Origin: Octopus bimaculoides
Taxonomy: Eukaryota
DNA length: 64,000 nucleotides
Reading direction: 5' to 3'
NCBI RefSeq assembly: GCF_001194135.2
Contig: NC_068982.1
Location: 157,244,114 to 157,308,113 of the forward strand
Position numbers and translations under genes: made by a program. Below the pieces are notes generated by a model. It made no database searches and was not told the origin of the DNA. It worked only from the letters and a program-made list of their open reading frames with translations. Shown here in pieces: positions 26,030-39,670 of the stretch. Numbering within the stretch: position 1 is the first letter of the stretch; the number at the start of each line of letters is the position of its first letter.

Positions 26030-27475
26030 GTGACAGATAGATGCATATATACATTCACGCAGAAATGTATGCACACATATATGTGTATGTATATATGTGT
26101 GTGTATGTATGTGTGTGTGTGTGTATACACACACTACAGTCATACATACGTACTGAAAATACAGACATATATCTCCTTTTCTCTGAAACCGCTCGATCTC
26201 TATCTCTTACGTACAGTCTCTCTCACAATCAAACAATTTCAGAATCATGCTCTATCTGTTGTGTATTTATTCCAATACATCCTTTCACACCTTGCTATTG
26301 TTATCATTCCGTTTCCTTGAAGATTTTTGTCTTGTGTTGTACATCAGCTATTACACATTGAATGCATTCACTAAATTAGCGTTAATAACAAAGGTTAGAG
26401 ACTCAGCGAGAATTCTGATCAAAGAAATTTACACACCTCCTGTTGTGGTAACAGATAGTTTCTGTAGAAATCAACATGCCAACTTTCAATAGAGACGCCG
26501 AAATGGATCTTTCTTTCTTTTCATTTATTTAGTTTTTTTTTGTTGTTGTCTTTGCATATAAGTGAAAACGAAAGATGCATACCAATACACAAACATACGC
26601 ATACGCATACACAGCTACAAGCACACGCGCACTCAGGTATAAATGTACCGTTACAAACATACATATAGGTATGCATGTGGATATGTAAATACATATATAT
26701 GTGTTTGTCTGTGTGTGTGTGTGTGTATAAACATTTATATATATGTATATATAAGTCTATGTGCATGTCTGTGTATGTGTGTGTGTGTTAGTGTTCGTAA
26801 CATACGTGGGCACGAAACTAGATTTATTTTTAAATCCTTCTATACATACGTTTGCAAAATCACGCAAAATCACGCATACCAAAATGCATATATATATATA
26901 TATATATANNNNNNNNNNNNNNNNNNNNNNNNNNNNNNNNNNNNNNNNNNNNNNNNNNNNNNNNNNNNNNNNNNNNNNNNNNNNNNNNNNNNNNNNNNNN
27001 NNNNNNNNNNNNNNNNNNNNNNNNNNNNNNNNNNNNNNNNNNNNNNNNNNNNNNNNNNNNNNNNNNNNNNNNNNNNNNNNNNNNNNNNNNNNNNNNNNNN
27101 NNNNNNNNNNNNNNNNNNNNNNNNNNNNNNNNNNNNNNNNNNNNNNNNNNNNNNNNNNNNNNNNNNNNNNNNNNNNNNNNNNNNNNNNNNNNNNNNNNNN
27201 NNNNNNNNNNNNNNNNNNNNNNNNNNNNNNNNNNNNNNNNNNNNNNNNNNNNNNNNNNNNNNNNNNNNNNNNNNNNNNNNNNNNNNNNNNNNNNNNNNNN
27301 NNNNNNNNNNNNNNNNNNNNNNNNNNNNNNNNNNNNNNNNNNNNNNNNNNNNNNNNNNNNNNNNNNNNNNNNNNNNNNNNNNNNNNNNNNNNNNNNNNNN
27401 NNNNNNNNNNNNNNNNNNNNNNNNNNNNNNNNNNNNNNNNNNNNNNNNNNNNNNNNNNNNNNNNNNNNNNNNNNN

Positions 27476-27528
<53 letters not shown>

Positions 27529-27959
27529 CATACTTAAACAGTAATACAATTTTATAAATCCTAAAGTGTAAGGTATGCAACGAAGTATTTACTGAAGACT
27601 AAACAATTGCACAATGACTGATCTATACACAATATTTCTAGCGATTAATATATATACATACAACCTACGTTCACACTCACACATAGATTTGACTGTACGC
27701 TCTTATTTTTGTGCGTGTATATATTCGATGAAGTTTAACTGTTTTGGATTTCTGTACGTAAACAAAGATTTTGTCATCCTCTATACATTGATACGTATAT
27801 GTTAGTGTTTCCGTTTGTTGTGTGTGATGCATGTTCATGTACACGCGTGCGCACACACGCACACTCACACAAACGCATTGGCTCACGCACGCACATATAA
27901 ACGCACAAACGTGCAGGCGCGCACACAGGCACCCATATAAATATGTGTGTGTGTGTGTG

Positions 27960-28026
<67 letters not shown>

Positions 28027-28117
28027 ATATATAGATATATATATATTTATATATATATATACATATCGATATGTATATATATTCACACACACACACACAC
28101 ACATACACACGCGCGCG

Positions 28118-28168
<51 letters not shown>

Positions 28169-28169
28169 C

Positions 28170-28330
28170 TTTCATCTTTTATCTTTTCTCTGTTTCAGTC
28201 ATTTGACAGTGTCCATGCTGGAGCAATGCATTGAAGGGCTTTAGTCGACCAAACCTTTCCCTGTACTTATTCTATAGGTCCCATTTTACCGAACTGCTGT
28301 GTTATGGGGACATAAAGGAACCAACACTGG
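28170..28330 (-). mobile_element. SINE family B 3' tail fragment
   Basis: ctgtttcagtcatttgacagtgtccatgctggagca is the reverse complement of the family B tail. Confidence 0.75.
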
Positions 28331-28692
28331 CGAACCTTGATGTATACGAATATATATATATATAATCGAAACTAAAACAAATGGTTTATATCTTGTAGCT
28401 TACTGTTAACGCACGGTCACTTTCAGAGTGATCGTTACATATGTAAATGCACAATTAAGAGCATACAATGAAATATATGTGTGAGTATGAATGTAGAATG
28501 TATGATCTTACATATTTGTGCTTGCGTTTGTGGTATGTGGTGCTTGTTCACATGCATGCGTGCGCACACCCTCATAGACACAAAAACGCGTGAGGTCACG
28601 CACGCACATGCATACACACTCACACACCACACGCGCGCACACAGACACCCATATATATAGTTTTTATTTTATTTCCCATAAATATATATATA

Positions 28693-28812
28693 CTATACGA
28701 AGGGCTTCTTTCAATTTCTGTCTACCAAATTCGTTCACAAGACTTTGGTCGGCGTGAGGATTTAGTAGACGACATTTGACCAGAGTGCCACGAACCATGC
28801 GGTTGGGAAGCT
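28693..28812 (-). mobile_element. SINE family B 5'/core fragment
   Basis: gggcttctttcaatttctgtctaccaaattcgttcacaagactttggtcggc is the reverse complement of the family B core. Confidence 0.8.
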
Positions 28813-29099
28813 CACGTGCGCCAAGAGGCCACATTATCAGAACAGTGAACAGATGGAGGTAGCATGGAAGAATTCGTGGCCTCTTGGCAGAAACGGCCGT
28901 AAGGAACTGATCCTTTACTCTTATATGTATTACTAGTACATATGTGTGTAACACACTGTCTCTGCCTGTGTATGTACCCTTATAATACTTCCATATGTTT
29001 TAGAATAAATAGACATAATAGAATACCTACCGGCTGATGTATGTCATTTTTTTGTATTCCGTCCATTTTATTTCTGCTGTGTATATATATATATATATA

Positions 29100-29222
29100 C
29101 ATACGAAATGTTTCTTTCAGTTTCCGTCTACCAAATTCGTTCACAAGTCTTTGGTCGGCGTGAGGATTTAGTGGAAGACATTTGAACAGTGTGCCACGAA
29201 TCATGTGGTTGGGAAACTGACT
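29100..29222 (-). mobile_element. SINE family B 5'/core fragment, near-duplicate of 28693-28812
   Basis: Shares caaattcgttcacaag, tcggcgtgaggatttagt and the same internal deletion. Confidence 0.8.
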
Positions 29223-29439
29223 TATACATAAATTTGCATGCAGACATACATATACAAACAATTTAAAGAACAGAATAATGTGACGTTATATCCATAAACC
29301 GTAGACGATGCTCAAGCCTATTTTAGCATTAATATTTCGATCAACGTCGTAGCAAATTGTTTATTCGTCGGTCAAATAGTGTCTCATTGGAAAATAAAGA
29401 AAACTAGCAATAATACACATACATAAATATTCAACACAT

Positions 29440-29473
<34 letters not shown>

Positions 29474-29518
29474 GCTCGTCTATCTCTCTATCTATCTCTC
29501 TATCTCTCTATCTATCTC

Positions 29519-29570
<52 letters not shown>

Positions 29571-29755
29571 ACCTCTCTCTCTGTATACACATATATATTA
29601 TTATATGTGTTCGTATGTATATATGCATATATCAATGATTTCGTATGTGTGTGCGTATGTGCGTATATGTATATACAATGTATATATATATATATATAAG
29701 TGTGTGTATGTGTGTGTGTGTATGTATATATCAATGATTTGTATGTGTGCTTATG

Positions 29756-29786
<31 letters not shown>

Positions 29787-29957
29787 NNNNNNNNNNNNNN
29801 NNNNNNNNNNNNNNNNNNNNNNNNNNNNNNNNNNNNNNNNNNNNNNNNNNNNNNNNNNNNNNNNNNNNNNNNNNNNNNNNNNNNNNNNNNNNNNNNNNNN
29901 NNNNNNNNNNNNNNNNNNNNNNNNNNNNNNNNNNNNNNNNNNNNNNNNTATATATAT

Positions 29958-30188
29958 GCGGCGAGCTGGCAGAAACGTTAGCACGCCGGGCGAAATGCTT
30001 AACGGTATTTCGTCTGTCGCTACGTTCTGAGTTCAAATTCCGCCGAGATCGACTTTGCCTTTCATCCATTCGGGGTCGATTAAATAAGAACCAGTAACGC
30101 ATTGGGGTCGATATAATCGACTTAATCCGTTTGTCTGTCCTTGTTTGTCCCCTCTGTGTGTAGCCCCTTGTGGGTAGTAAAGAAATAA
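29958..30188 (+). mobile_element. SINE family A, well preserved, with an alternative 3' tail
   Basis: gcggcgagctggcagaaacgttagcacgccgggcgaaatgc...gagttcaaattcc (B-box-like)...gactttgcctttcatcc...ggggtcgat. Confidence 0.92.
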
Positions 30189-30260
30189 CGCATTTATATA
30201 TATGCATAGATGTATCTATTTATGTATGTATTTATAATGATTCGCATGTCTATGTTGTGC

Positions 30261-30337
<77 letters not shown>

Positions 30338-30981
30338 TACATACATACATACGTACATGCATACATACATACGTATGTGTACTTGTATATATCTATGTAT
30401 TGCTAAACTCTAGTAATATGAAATATGAAATAAACCAACGAGTTAGAATATTAAATAATTTATATTAATATTTGTTTATTTTGGGCGATTTATTTATATA
30501 TTTCCAGAATTTTTGCACTCGCTGTTCTCTAGATTCTATTGATGTATTTGGTTGAAGTGTCAACAAACCATTACATGCAATGTTTATACAAAAGTCAAAC
30601 CATCTCTACGATGTGGTAGTTTTTTTTTTGAATTGTCTTTTGTTTTTGATGTTCCTCTCTCGTTTTATTCTTTTTTTTTTACTAAAATACGGCGTCATAT
30701 AACCTAATATTCATACTTAGATAAAATCACACCATATTATAACAATATATACAATATACACATATGTATATGTTTCAGTTCAGTATATGTATTTGTATAT
30801 GCACACACACACACACACACATACACACACACACACATACACACACACACACACACAAACAAACACACATTCACATACACACGCGCGCACACACATATGC
30901 ATACATATGCATAAACATTTACAGAAATATATACATATCTATTGTATACATATATCTAAATATTTGAGATTATAGAATAAT

Positions 30982-31015
<34 letters not shown>

Positions 31016-31062
31016 TTATATTTATTCAGATATATATATATACATATATATGTATGTATATG

Positions 31063-31107
<45 letters not shown>

Positions 31108-34100
31108 NNNNNNNNNNNNNNNNNNNNNNNNNNNNNNNNNNNNNNNNNNNNNNNNNNNNNNNNNNNNNNNNNNNNNNNNNNNNNNNNNNNNNNNNNNNNN
31201 NNNNNNNNNNNNNNNNNNNNNNNNNNNNNNNNNNNNNNNNNNNNNNNNNNNNNNNNNNNNNNNNNNNNNNNNNNNNNNNNNNNNNNNNNNNNNNNNNNNN
31301 NNNNNNNNNNNNNNNNNNNNNNNNNNNNNNNNNNNNNNNNNNNNNNNNNNNNNNNNNNNNNNNNNNNACACATACATGTACATTTGTGCACAGGAGTATT
31401 ATACACTACCACACGCATCGTAGATTTCTTTTCAGTTTTGAATTTAACAAAGTTTGTGTGACTTTGTGATGGTTATTTTTGTATTTCTCATGATTAATGT
31501 TTTGTTCTTTTCGACTACGTTAATAACAAGAATTTCTTATACAATTTCAAAATGTTTTGAATTCTAAATTCTAACTGGAATCCTGAATAAATCTTAATGT
31601 GTTGCCATTGTCTCCTTCGTTTATATATTCGGGCCATAACAACTTGACGCCGCATCACCATTCTTAGCATCATCATAACTATCATATTCCTTATGAGGAT
31701 GCTGATGATCATTATGATCATCTTTACCATTATCTGCTCTACAATATCTTTATCATCATCATATCATGATTATCTCTATTGATCATCAACATTATTATTA
31801 ATAATGGAACAAGGACAAGAACAGCAACAACGGAAATAACTATGACACCGCTAATTTTATAATGTCGTCTCTTCCTTTCTCTTCTCCATTCTTTTTCATA
31901 TCTTTTAATATCTGACTAAATACAAATATAATCGTACATTTTTCTAAGACGGTCTCTGTATTTTGTTTTATTTAGTTTCTTCTCTTTGTCAAAATGTTTT
32001 TCTTCGTTTCCATACTCCAGTCTTTTTTATAATAGTTTTTATTTTCTTATTCAATTATATAGTTGATTCAACAAAAGTATCAAGCCTCATTTTTTTTTAA
32101 AAATCACATTTGTACACACTGGATATTTGCTTAACTTGACATGAACATCTTTTGAAGCAATTTATTACTATCTTCATCAGTTGCAGGTATGTTTGTTGCT
32201 TAAACCGAAGACTGTTATCCAAGAAAGCCGGATCAAAGGCATTCATTATGATCTGTCTTTCTTTTATGGACAAAATTTGGAGAGTATCGAACTGATTTGC
32301 CTTTTTCCTTGTAGATTTGTGTTCGCATTTTAAATGCCATTGATTTCAACTTTGCATTTTATTCCTCCAGGTTCGATAAAATATATAATACCACTCATAA
32401 TTAATGGGGATTTATGAAATAGACAAAGCCGTTCCTTCAAAATTTCTAGCTTTGTGTTTAAATTAGAAAGAAAGAATCGAAACCTGCATTATCCAAATTC
32501 CGTTTTCCAGGGAATTTCGTCTGTCTTCCATTTCTCGAAGGTCAAGCAAACACCTACATAATCTTTCATCGCCTAGTTTAATTTTCTTTGGCCTATTTGA
32601 TTTCTCTAATGAGTGAACTGGTTAGAAAAAAGACAGTATGGATATTCAATTATGGCTGTAAATTGTTTAAAGATTTCGATCTCGCACCTACAAGCTGTCC
32701 ATCAAAAGTGATCAATTTTTTAATATGCTCACTCTAAAATAGAAATGCCAAAACTATAGTAGTTCAAAGAAACTACTAATTGTCCGCTTTTATTTAAAAC
32801 GTCAGAGAAAATGACACCACAATATATTAAAATATATACTGAGATAGATTACTTGATATAGAACCTCTTTAAAATTTGTTTTGCCACCAAATAAAGGGTT
32901 CAATACTTTTATTGATATACCGTAGCTACTTTTCGAATTCCTACAAACGCTTTCACTCACAGTATTGGTTTTATTACATTTTCCAACACACCAAACTAAA
33001 CCAACGCCATGGATCTGATTTCCCCTTGAGAAGTATTATCTTCGGGAAAGGTATAAACATCGATTTATCTATTTAGAATCGAGACTGTTACATCTTTAAA
33101 TGAATTCCATTTTATAAATCCAGTTATAGGTACACTTGTGTGTCATACGAATATTTGTCATCGGGGCAAGACTTTAAAACAAACAAATACAAGCACAGTA
33201 TAATCTTCATTGTTAGTAACAATGAGGAAACATCTATGTAGAGTCTCAATCCCCAAGAAACACTAGCCAAATTCCTGCTATTTCTAGAGGTTTAAAAAAG
33301 AAAAGACTAACTGGATAAGTTAACTCCAGATACAATTTGCATGAAGAAAAAGAACAAAGAAACAAAACGTGATGGACGACTGCGACTAGACCGCAACAAG
33401 AAGGAGTTAACTAAAATTGGTGTGGTTCGCTTTTGCTAAACAATTAGTATGCAGTCGAAGAATTTGGAAGACTTATGATACAAAGCAAATATATAATTCG
33501 GTCTTAAATAAAGACTGACATTTTAGTATGAATTTTCCATAGCCTTTTCTCCAAGAGTTGGAAGCTATAAAGTCACGAACGAAATATCTCTGTAAAAATA
33601 TATTGCTAACTATATTGTGTTTTTTACGCTATCCAACATAAATAGCGAATAATACGAAAGGTGGTAACTTAAACAATTTATAAGCAGAAATTTCTATTTA
33701 ATTACCAGGTTTAAGAAAAACATTCAGCATGATATCTTTGTCTTCTTTGTCTCCTTTCCAGATTGAAGGTGAAAACGTTTTGTAATTTGTCAAATAGCAC
33801 GAAGTATTATGATACATCACTCATAAGGTTATATTCATAAATATAAATGAAAATTCATTGACGGTCAATATGTGAAAAATCGCTGCAATGTGTGAACAAT
33901 GAACTGTTTTTATTGTAAGACTTGTGCAAATCTTGCATGCAAATATCCCTGAAGAAGACCGTATCATTTTCTCTCCTTATCTCTGTATATACAGACTTTA
34001 TTGAAAATAGCTAGACGTTTGAGGAGTAGCTTTACATTATAAACGGTTTTTGTGTGTTTCTGGCATTATGTGGGCAAAAATGGCTCTGAACAGTTGTCAC

Positions 34101-34295
34101 GAGACTCAGAATTGAAGATTTAAGAGATATTAAGATGCGTAAAGTAAAACTCGTGAACATTTACGGACACGCATGCGCAGACAGATTTACAAAGAAAGAT
34201 AGACAACCGCACGCACCAATATTCACAGGCACACCATACACACGGGCACGCTTAAATACATACACATACTTAAATACGTAGCTACATGCATACAC

Positions 34296-34339
<44 letters not shown>

Positions 34340-35409
34340 CTCCTTTCTCTCCGTCTTTCTGTCTGTCAGCCAGTCTTTCTCTGTATGAACGCATGCTACA
34401 CACATAAATACATGCATATATATATNNNNNNNNNNNNNNNNNNNNNNNNNNNNNNNNNNNNNNNNNNNNNNNNNNNNNNNNNNNNNNNNNNNNNNNNNNN
34501 NNNNNNNNNNNNNNNNNNNNNNNNNNNNNNNNNNNNNNNNNNNNNNNNNNNNNNNNNNNNNNNNNNNNNNNNNNNNNNNNNNNNNNNNNNNNNNNNNNNN
34601 NNNNNNNNNNNNNNNNNNNNNNNNNNNNNNNNNNNNNNNNNNNNNNNNNNNNNNNNNNNNNNNNNNNNNNNNNNNNNNNNNNNNNNNNNNNNNNNNNNNN
34701 NNNNNNNNNNNNNNNNNNNNNNNNNNNNNNNNNNNNNNNNNNNNNNNNNNNNNNNNNNNNNNNNNNNNNNNNNNNNNNNNNNNNNNNNNNNNNNNNNNNN
34801 NNNNNNNNNNNNNNNNNNNNNNNNNNNNNNNNNNNNNNNNNNNNNNNNNNNNNNNNNNNNNNNNNNNNNNNNNNNNNNNNNNNNNNNNNNNNNNNNNNNN
34901 NNNNNNNNNNNNNNNNNNNNNNNNNNNNNNNNNNNNNNNNNNNNNNNNNNNNNNNNNNNNNNNNNNNNNNNNNNNNNNNNNNNNNNNNNNNNNNNNNNNN
35001 NNNNNNNNNNNNNNNNNNNNNNNNNNNNNNNNNNNNNNNNNNNNNNNNNNNNNNNNNNNNNNNNNNNNNNNNNNNNNNNNNNNNNNNNNNNNNNNNNNNN
35101 NNNNNNNNNNNNNNNNNNNNNNNNNNNNNNNNNNNNNNNNNNNNNNNNNNNNNNNNNNNNNNNNNNNNNNNNNNNNNNNNNNNNNNNNNNNNNNNNNNNN
35201 NNNNNNNNNNNNNNNNNNNNNNNNNNNNNNNNNNNNNNNNNNNNNNNNNNNNNNNNNNNNNNNNNNNNNNNNNNNNNNNNNNNNNNNNNNNNNNNNNNNN
35301 NNNNNNNNNNNNNNNNNNNNNNNNNNNNNNNNNNNNNNNNNNNNNNNTATATATATATATTTATCTATTTATGTCTGTCCGTCTGTTTATTTAAGTCAGT
35401 CTCTCAGTG

Positions 35410-35466
<57 letters not shown>

Positions 35467-36769
35467 GTATATATATATATATATCCATCCATCTATCTAT
35501 CTATATACCTATCTAACTAAATAACGGTCTATATATCTACCTAACTCCCTAGTTATCTCTCTATTTATCAATCTGACTTTCTGCCTGTCTACCTGTGTAC
35601 CTCTCCTGCTTCTATCTGTCTGTCTTTGTTTCTTTCTCTTTCTCCTTTCCTCCCTCCCTCCGTCTGTACACACACACATCCACATATATATATACATATC
35701 CATATATAATTATAAGTGTATATATGTATGTATGTATGTATGTATGCATGTCTGCGTATGTATACACATATACACACGTACAAATACATAAACGGGTTCT
35801 TGCACGTACACGTTTACTCATTCATACTCTTGTGCACTCAGTTTCCAAATCACTAGCACTGGCACACGCACGCATACACACACATTCGTAACCATATTCA
35901 CATACTCACACGCACATATGCACGCGTGCACACACGCACGCACACACACACACATACACACACACATACACACACACACACAAACACACACACACATACA
36001 CACACTACCGAGCAATATTCTTAGCACAAACACGTTTGTATACAGATACCATTACACACGCACACATATTGTAAGTCTCTCTCTCTGTCTCCTTCCTCTT
36101 TCTCTCTCTCTCCCATCTCTCTCTGTCTATCTGCCTGTCTTTCTGTCTGTCTGACTATCTGTTCATCTGTCTACGTGTCTGTCCGTCACTAACTCTCTCT
36201 ATCTGTCTATTTGTCTCTCTGTCTCTGTCAGTCTGTCTGTCTCTCTATCTGTCGTCTCTTTCACTCTGTGTCAGTCTGTGTGTCTGTCCGCATCTCTCTC
36301 CCCCTCTCTCTCTCTCTCTCACAATCTATCTATTTATCTCTCTCTCTCTTTCTCTCACTCTCTCACTGTACTTATATATCTCGCCATATTCTACCGTTAT
36401 TCTACCGTTATTCTGGTGTGCACACGCTGTCACATGCGCATATACTCATGCGCAACAACATGTACAATTGTATCGGCGTAAACGTATGTTTAAACAGAAA
36501 CAAGCGCTCCCATCTACATGAAAGACATTGACTAACATTGAAAAACAAACGGAAAAGGAAATGTCTAAACACATAAACACTTAAATTGTCATATCAACGC
36601 ACACACACACAAACACACTCACCAGTACACATGCAAATGTATAAGAATACATGCATACACCCGTGAATGTTTAGTCACATAAACGTGCATGTGCACAAGT
36701 GTCAATACTCACACATCTAATGCGCACACACGCAAATGCTCATAGCTTTAGATGAAAACAAAGAGGATG

Positions 36770-36936
36770 TGGACCAAGTCCTTCCCGTGTCATAGGCTCA
36801 TAATCCCCGTTTTTCTGATTCTGCGACGGAGGGTTATTCTGACTCTATGACACACGTTTATACTGATTCTGTGATACAGGGTTATTCATTTTTTGTCAGC
36901 TTGGTGAACTAGAGCTGCATCAAATGAAGTGTTTTT

Positions 36937-36981
<45 letters not shown>

Positions 36982-37060
36982 GAGAAAGGAACCGTATACG
37001 GAAACATAACCTCACGATCACGAGTGCAACACCCTTAACCACTAAGCCACACATCTCAAC
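36770..37060 (-). mobile_element. Degenerate tRNA-derived SINE (separate family)
   Basis: The reverse complement of 37010-37058 reads gatgtgtggcttagtggttaagggtgttgcactcgtgatcgtgaggtt, an A-box-like tRNA head. Confidence 0.55.
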
Positions 37061-37295
37061 ATGTGTTTACGTCCTGAAACGCATGTATAAATACTAACGC
37101 ACGTACAATACAAGCGTGGATAGATAGTCTTACATCATAAAGTAAATTAACGACGCGAAATGCTATACTCACAAGATCGATGAATACACAAGAACTATTA
37201 GCAAATTAGCAAATGCAGAAATGCAGACACGCTTAACTCTCTCCTCTCATCCACAGATAAACCTATACATACACATACACACCGAATTTCTTGAT

Positions 37296-37428
37296 TGAAG
37301 TATATAAAATCCAAGCGACATATGTTTCAAAGCTAGAAGAGCCTTCTTCTGCTAGCTATGACACATATGTAGCCTGGATTGTATCTACTTCATTGTATCT
37401 ACTTGTATCTAATCCTAACCCTAACCCT
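37296..37428. repeat. 97-nt imperfect hairpin followed by (CCCTAA)-like repeats
   Basis: tgaagtatataaaatccaagcgacatatgtttcaaagctagaaga pairs with tcttctgctagctatgacacatatgtagcctggattgtatctacttca; this is followed by ctaatcctaaccctaaccct. Confidence 0.75.
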
Positions 37429-38858
37429 TCCCAAAACTTTGAATGTTTATTTGCATACACAGTAACCTCAGGTGCTGACCATGAACTATAAAATAACTTT
37501 TCACAGCTTTTCAAACTTCGATAGGAGAAAAAGTTACAGCCTTCTACGTCAATAAATCAATATCGTACCTGAAAGTTGTTTTTCATATCTTCTCCAGACT
37601 GTTTGAAGCTTACTAACTTCCTACCCCTTGACCCTTTGAACTTACATTTGCATATACATAAATATATGAAAATGCGCTCGCGCATGTGTGTATGTGAGTG
37701 TTTGAGTCTGAGGTTCCAGGGTTCTGAAGAATATGGATCCACCACTTAACTGCTATTACTCCCTTGTGTAATAGTACCTGTTATGGTCCCAGCTATGGGC
37801 TATATAGCATGAGAACCGCTAAGAGTGAAGGAATCCTAATTCTCGGCAGAACTTTTTTTCTACGAGAAGGTAATCTCTTATTTAAAATCCCAAGACCCTG
37901 AAGAACAGTTGGTTTTTGGACGTCTAATCTTCTATCATGGCTCCGGTTTTATAGCTCGTTGCGCTGTCAAGTGAGTTCGTGCTACGCAAAACTTTCCAAT
38001 CAAAACAAAGTCAGACATAAGAACCTATTGGATTCTCGGATTGTTGCACAGAATTTCTCAGTTTAGGAAGTGGTCTTACTCGGTCATGAGTTTGTGTATG
38101 TGTGTGTGTGTGTGAATGTGTGTGTGTGTGCGTGTGTGTACAGACATGACATACATACACACACACACACATACACACTGACATAGACACACACACACAC
38201 AGATATACACACACACATAAACTTATATGAACGCAACAATACAGTAAAGAGAGAACACCTCAACAAAGCGTTCTGTTGGATAAGCACATGTCCATGTCAG
38301 AATCTCACATTTGCATTGCAATAACCTTGCAATCAGAAGACAAATCTCCTCTAGCGGGCTTACAATCTAAAACCAAAAAACAAATATAATTTCAATCGCA
38401 ACACCTAATGGAGATTTGTGGACAACAAGTGCATTAATTTTAGGAGATTATTGTGCTTTTAACGCCAACGTTGCTTTCTATAGTTGAATTTAAAAATATG
38501 ATATATGCTTTGGGTTCACTCCCTTGGTTTCTGTGATGAAAATTGTCACTACTGCTTATGCTTTTCTTTCTCATTAAATGTACAATGCTAATTGATTAAA
38601 AATTATTTCTGGCATGCGTCCACTATGAATGTCAACACATAATTTTACACACACAGACACACACACACACACACACACAAACACGTTCGCGCGCACACAG
38701 ACACACACATACATACACACGCATGCACACACGCTCACACAGACACACATGTGTTTGTGCATGCTTGTACGTACACACATGGCTGCAATCTAATGACTGA
38801 AACAAATAAAAGAAAACAGAAACATACATGTATGTTTGTACGTATGTATGTATGTATG

Positions 38859-38912
<54 letters not shown>

Positions 38913-39670
38913 CATACATATATATATATATATATTTATTTATTTATTTATTTATTTATTTATGTGTTTCAGCCAAGTGGCTGCGGTCATGCTGGTGCAC
39001 CACNNNNNNNNNNNNNNNNNNNNNNNNNNNNNNNNNNNNNNNNNNNNNNNNNNNNNNNNNNNNNNNNNNNNNNNNNNNNNNNNNNNNNNNNNNNNNNNNN
39101 NNNNNNNNNNNNNNNNNNNNNNNNNNNNNNNNNNNNNNNNNNNNNNNNNNNNNNNNNNNNNNNNNNNNNNNNNNNNNNNNNNNNNNNNNNNNNNNNNNNN
39201 NNNNNNNNNNNNNNNNNNNNNNNNNNNNNNNNNNNNNNNNNNNNNNNNNNNNNNNNNNNNNNNNNNNNNNNNNNNNNNNNNNNNNNNNNNNNNNNNNNNN
39301 NNNNNNNNNNNNNNNNNNNNNNNNNNNNNNNNNNNNNNNNNNNNNNNNNNNNNNNNNNNNNNNNNNNNNNNNNNNNNNNNNNNNNNNNNNNNNNNNNNNN
39401 NNNNNNNNNNNNNNNNNNNNNNNNNNNNNNNNNNNNNNNNNNNNNNNNNNNNNNNNNNNNNNNNNNNNNNNNNNNNNNNNNNNNNNNNNNNNNNNNNNNN
39501 NNNNNNNNNNNNNNNNNNNNNNNNNNNNNNNNNNNNNNNNNNNNNNNNNNNNNNNNNNNNNNNNNNNNNNNNNNNNNNNNNNNNNNNNNNNNNNNNNNNN
39601 NNNNNNNNNNNNNNNNNNNNNNNNNNNNNNNNNNNNNNNNNNNNNNNNNNNNNNNNTATATATTTATATA

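Noticed and set aside
33944-33962. ccCTGAAGAagacc, a hammerhead-like half site
   Set aside because: No matching stem II partner or GAAA follows.
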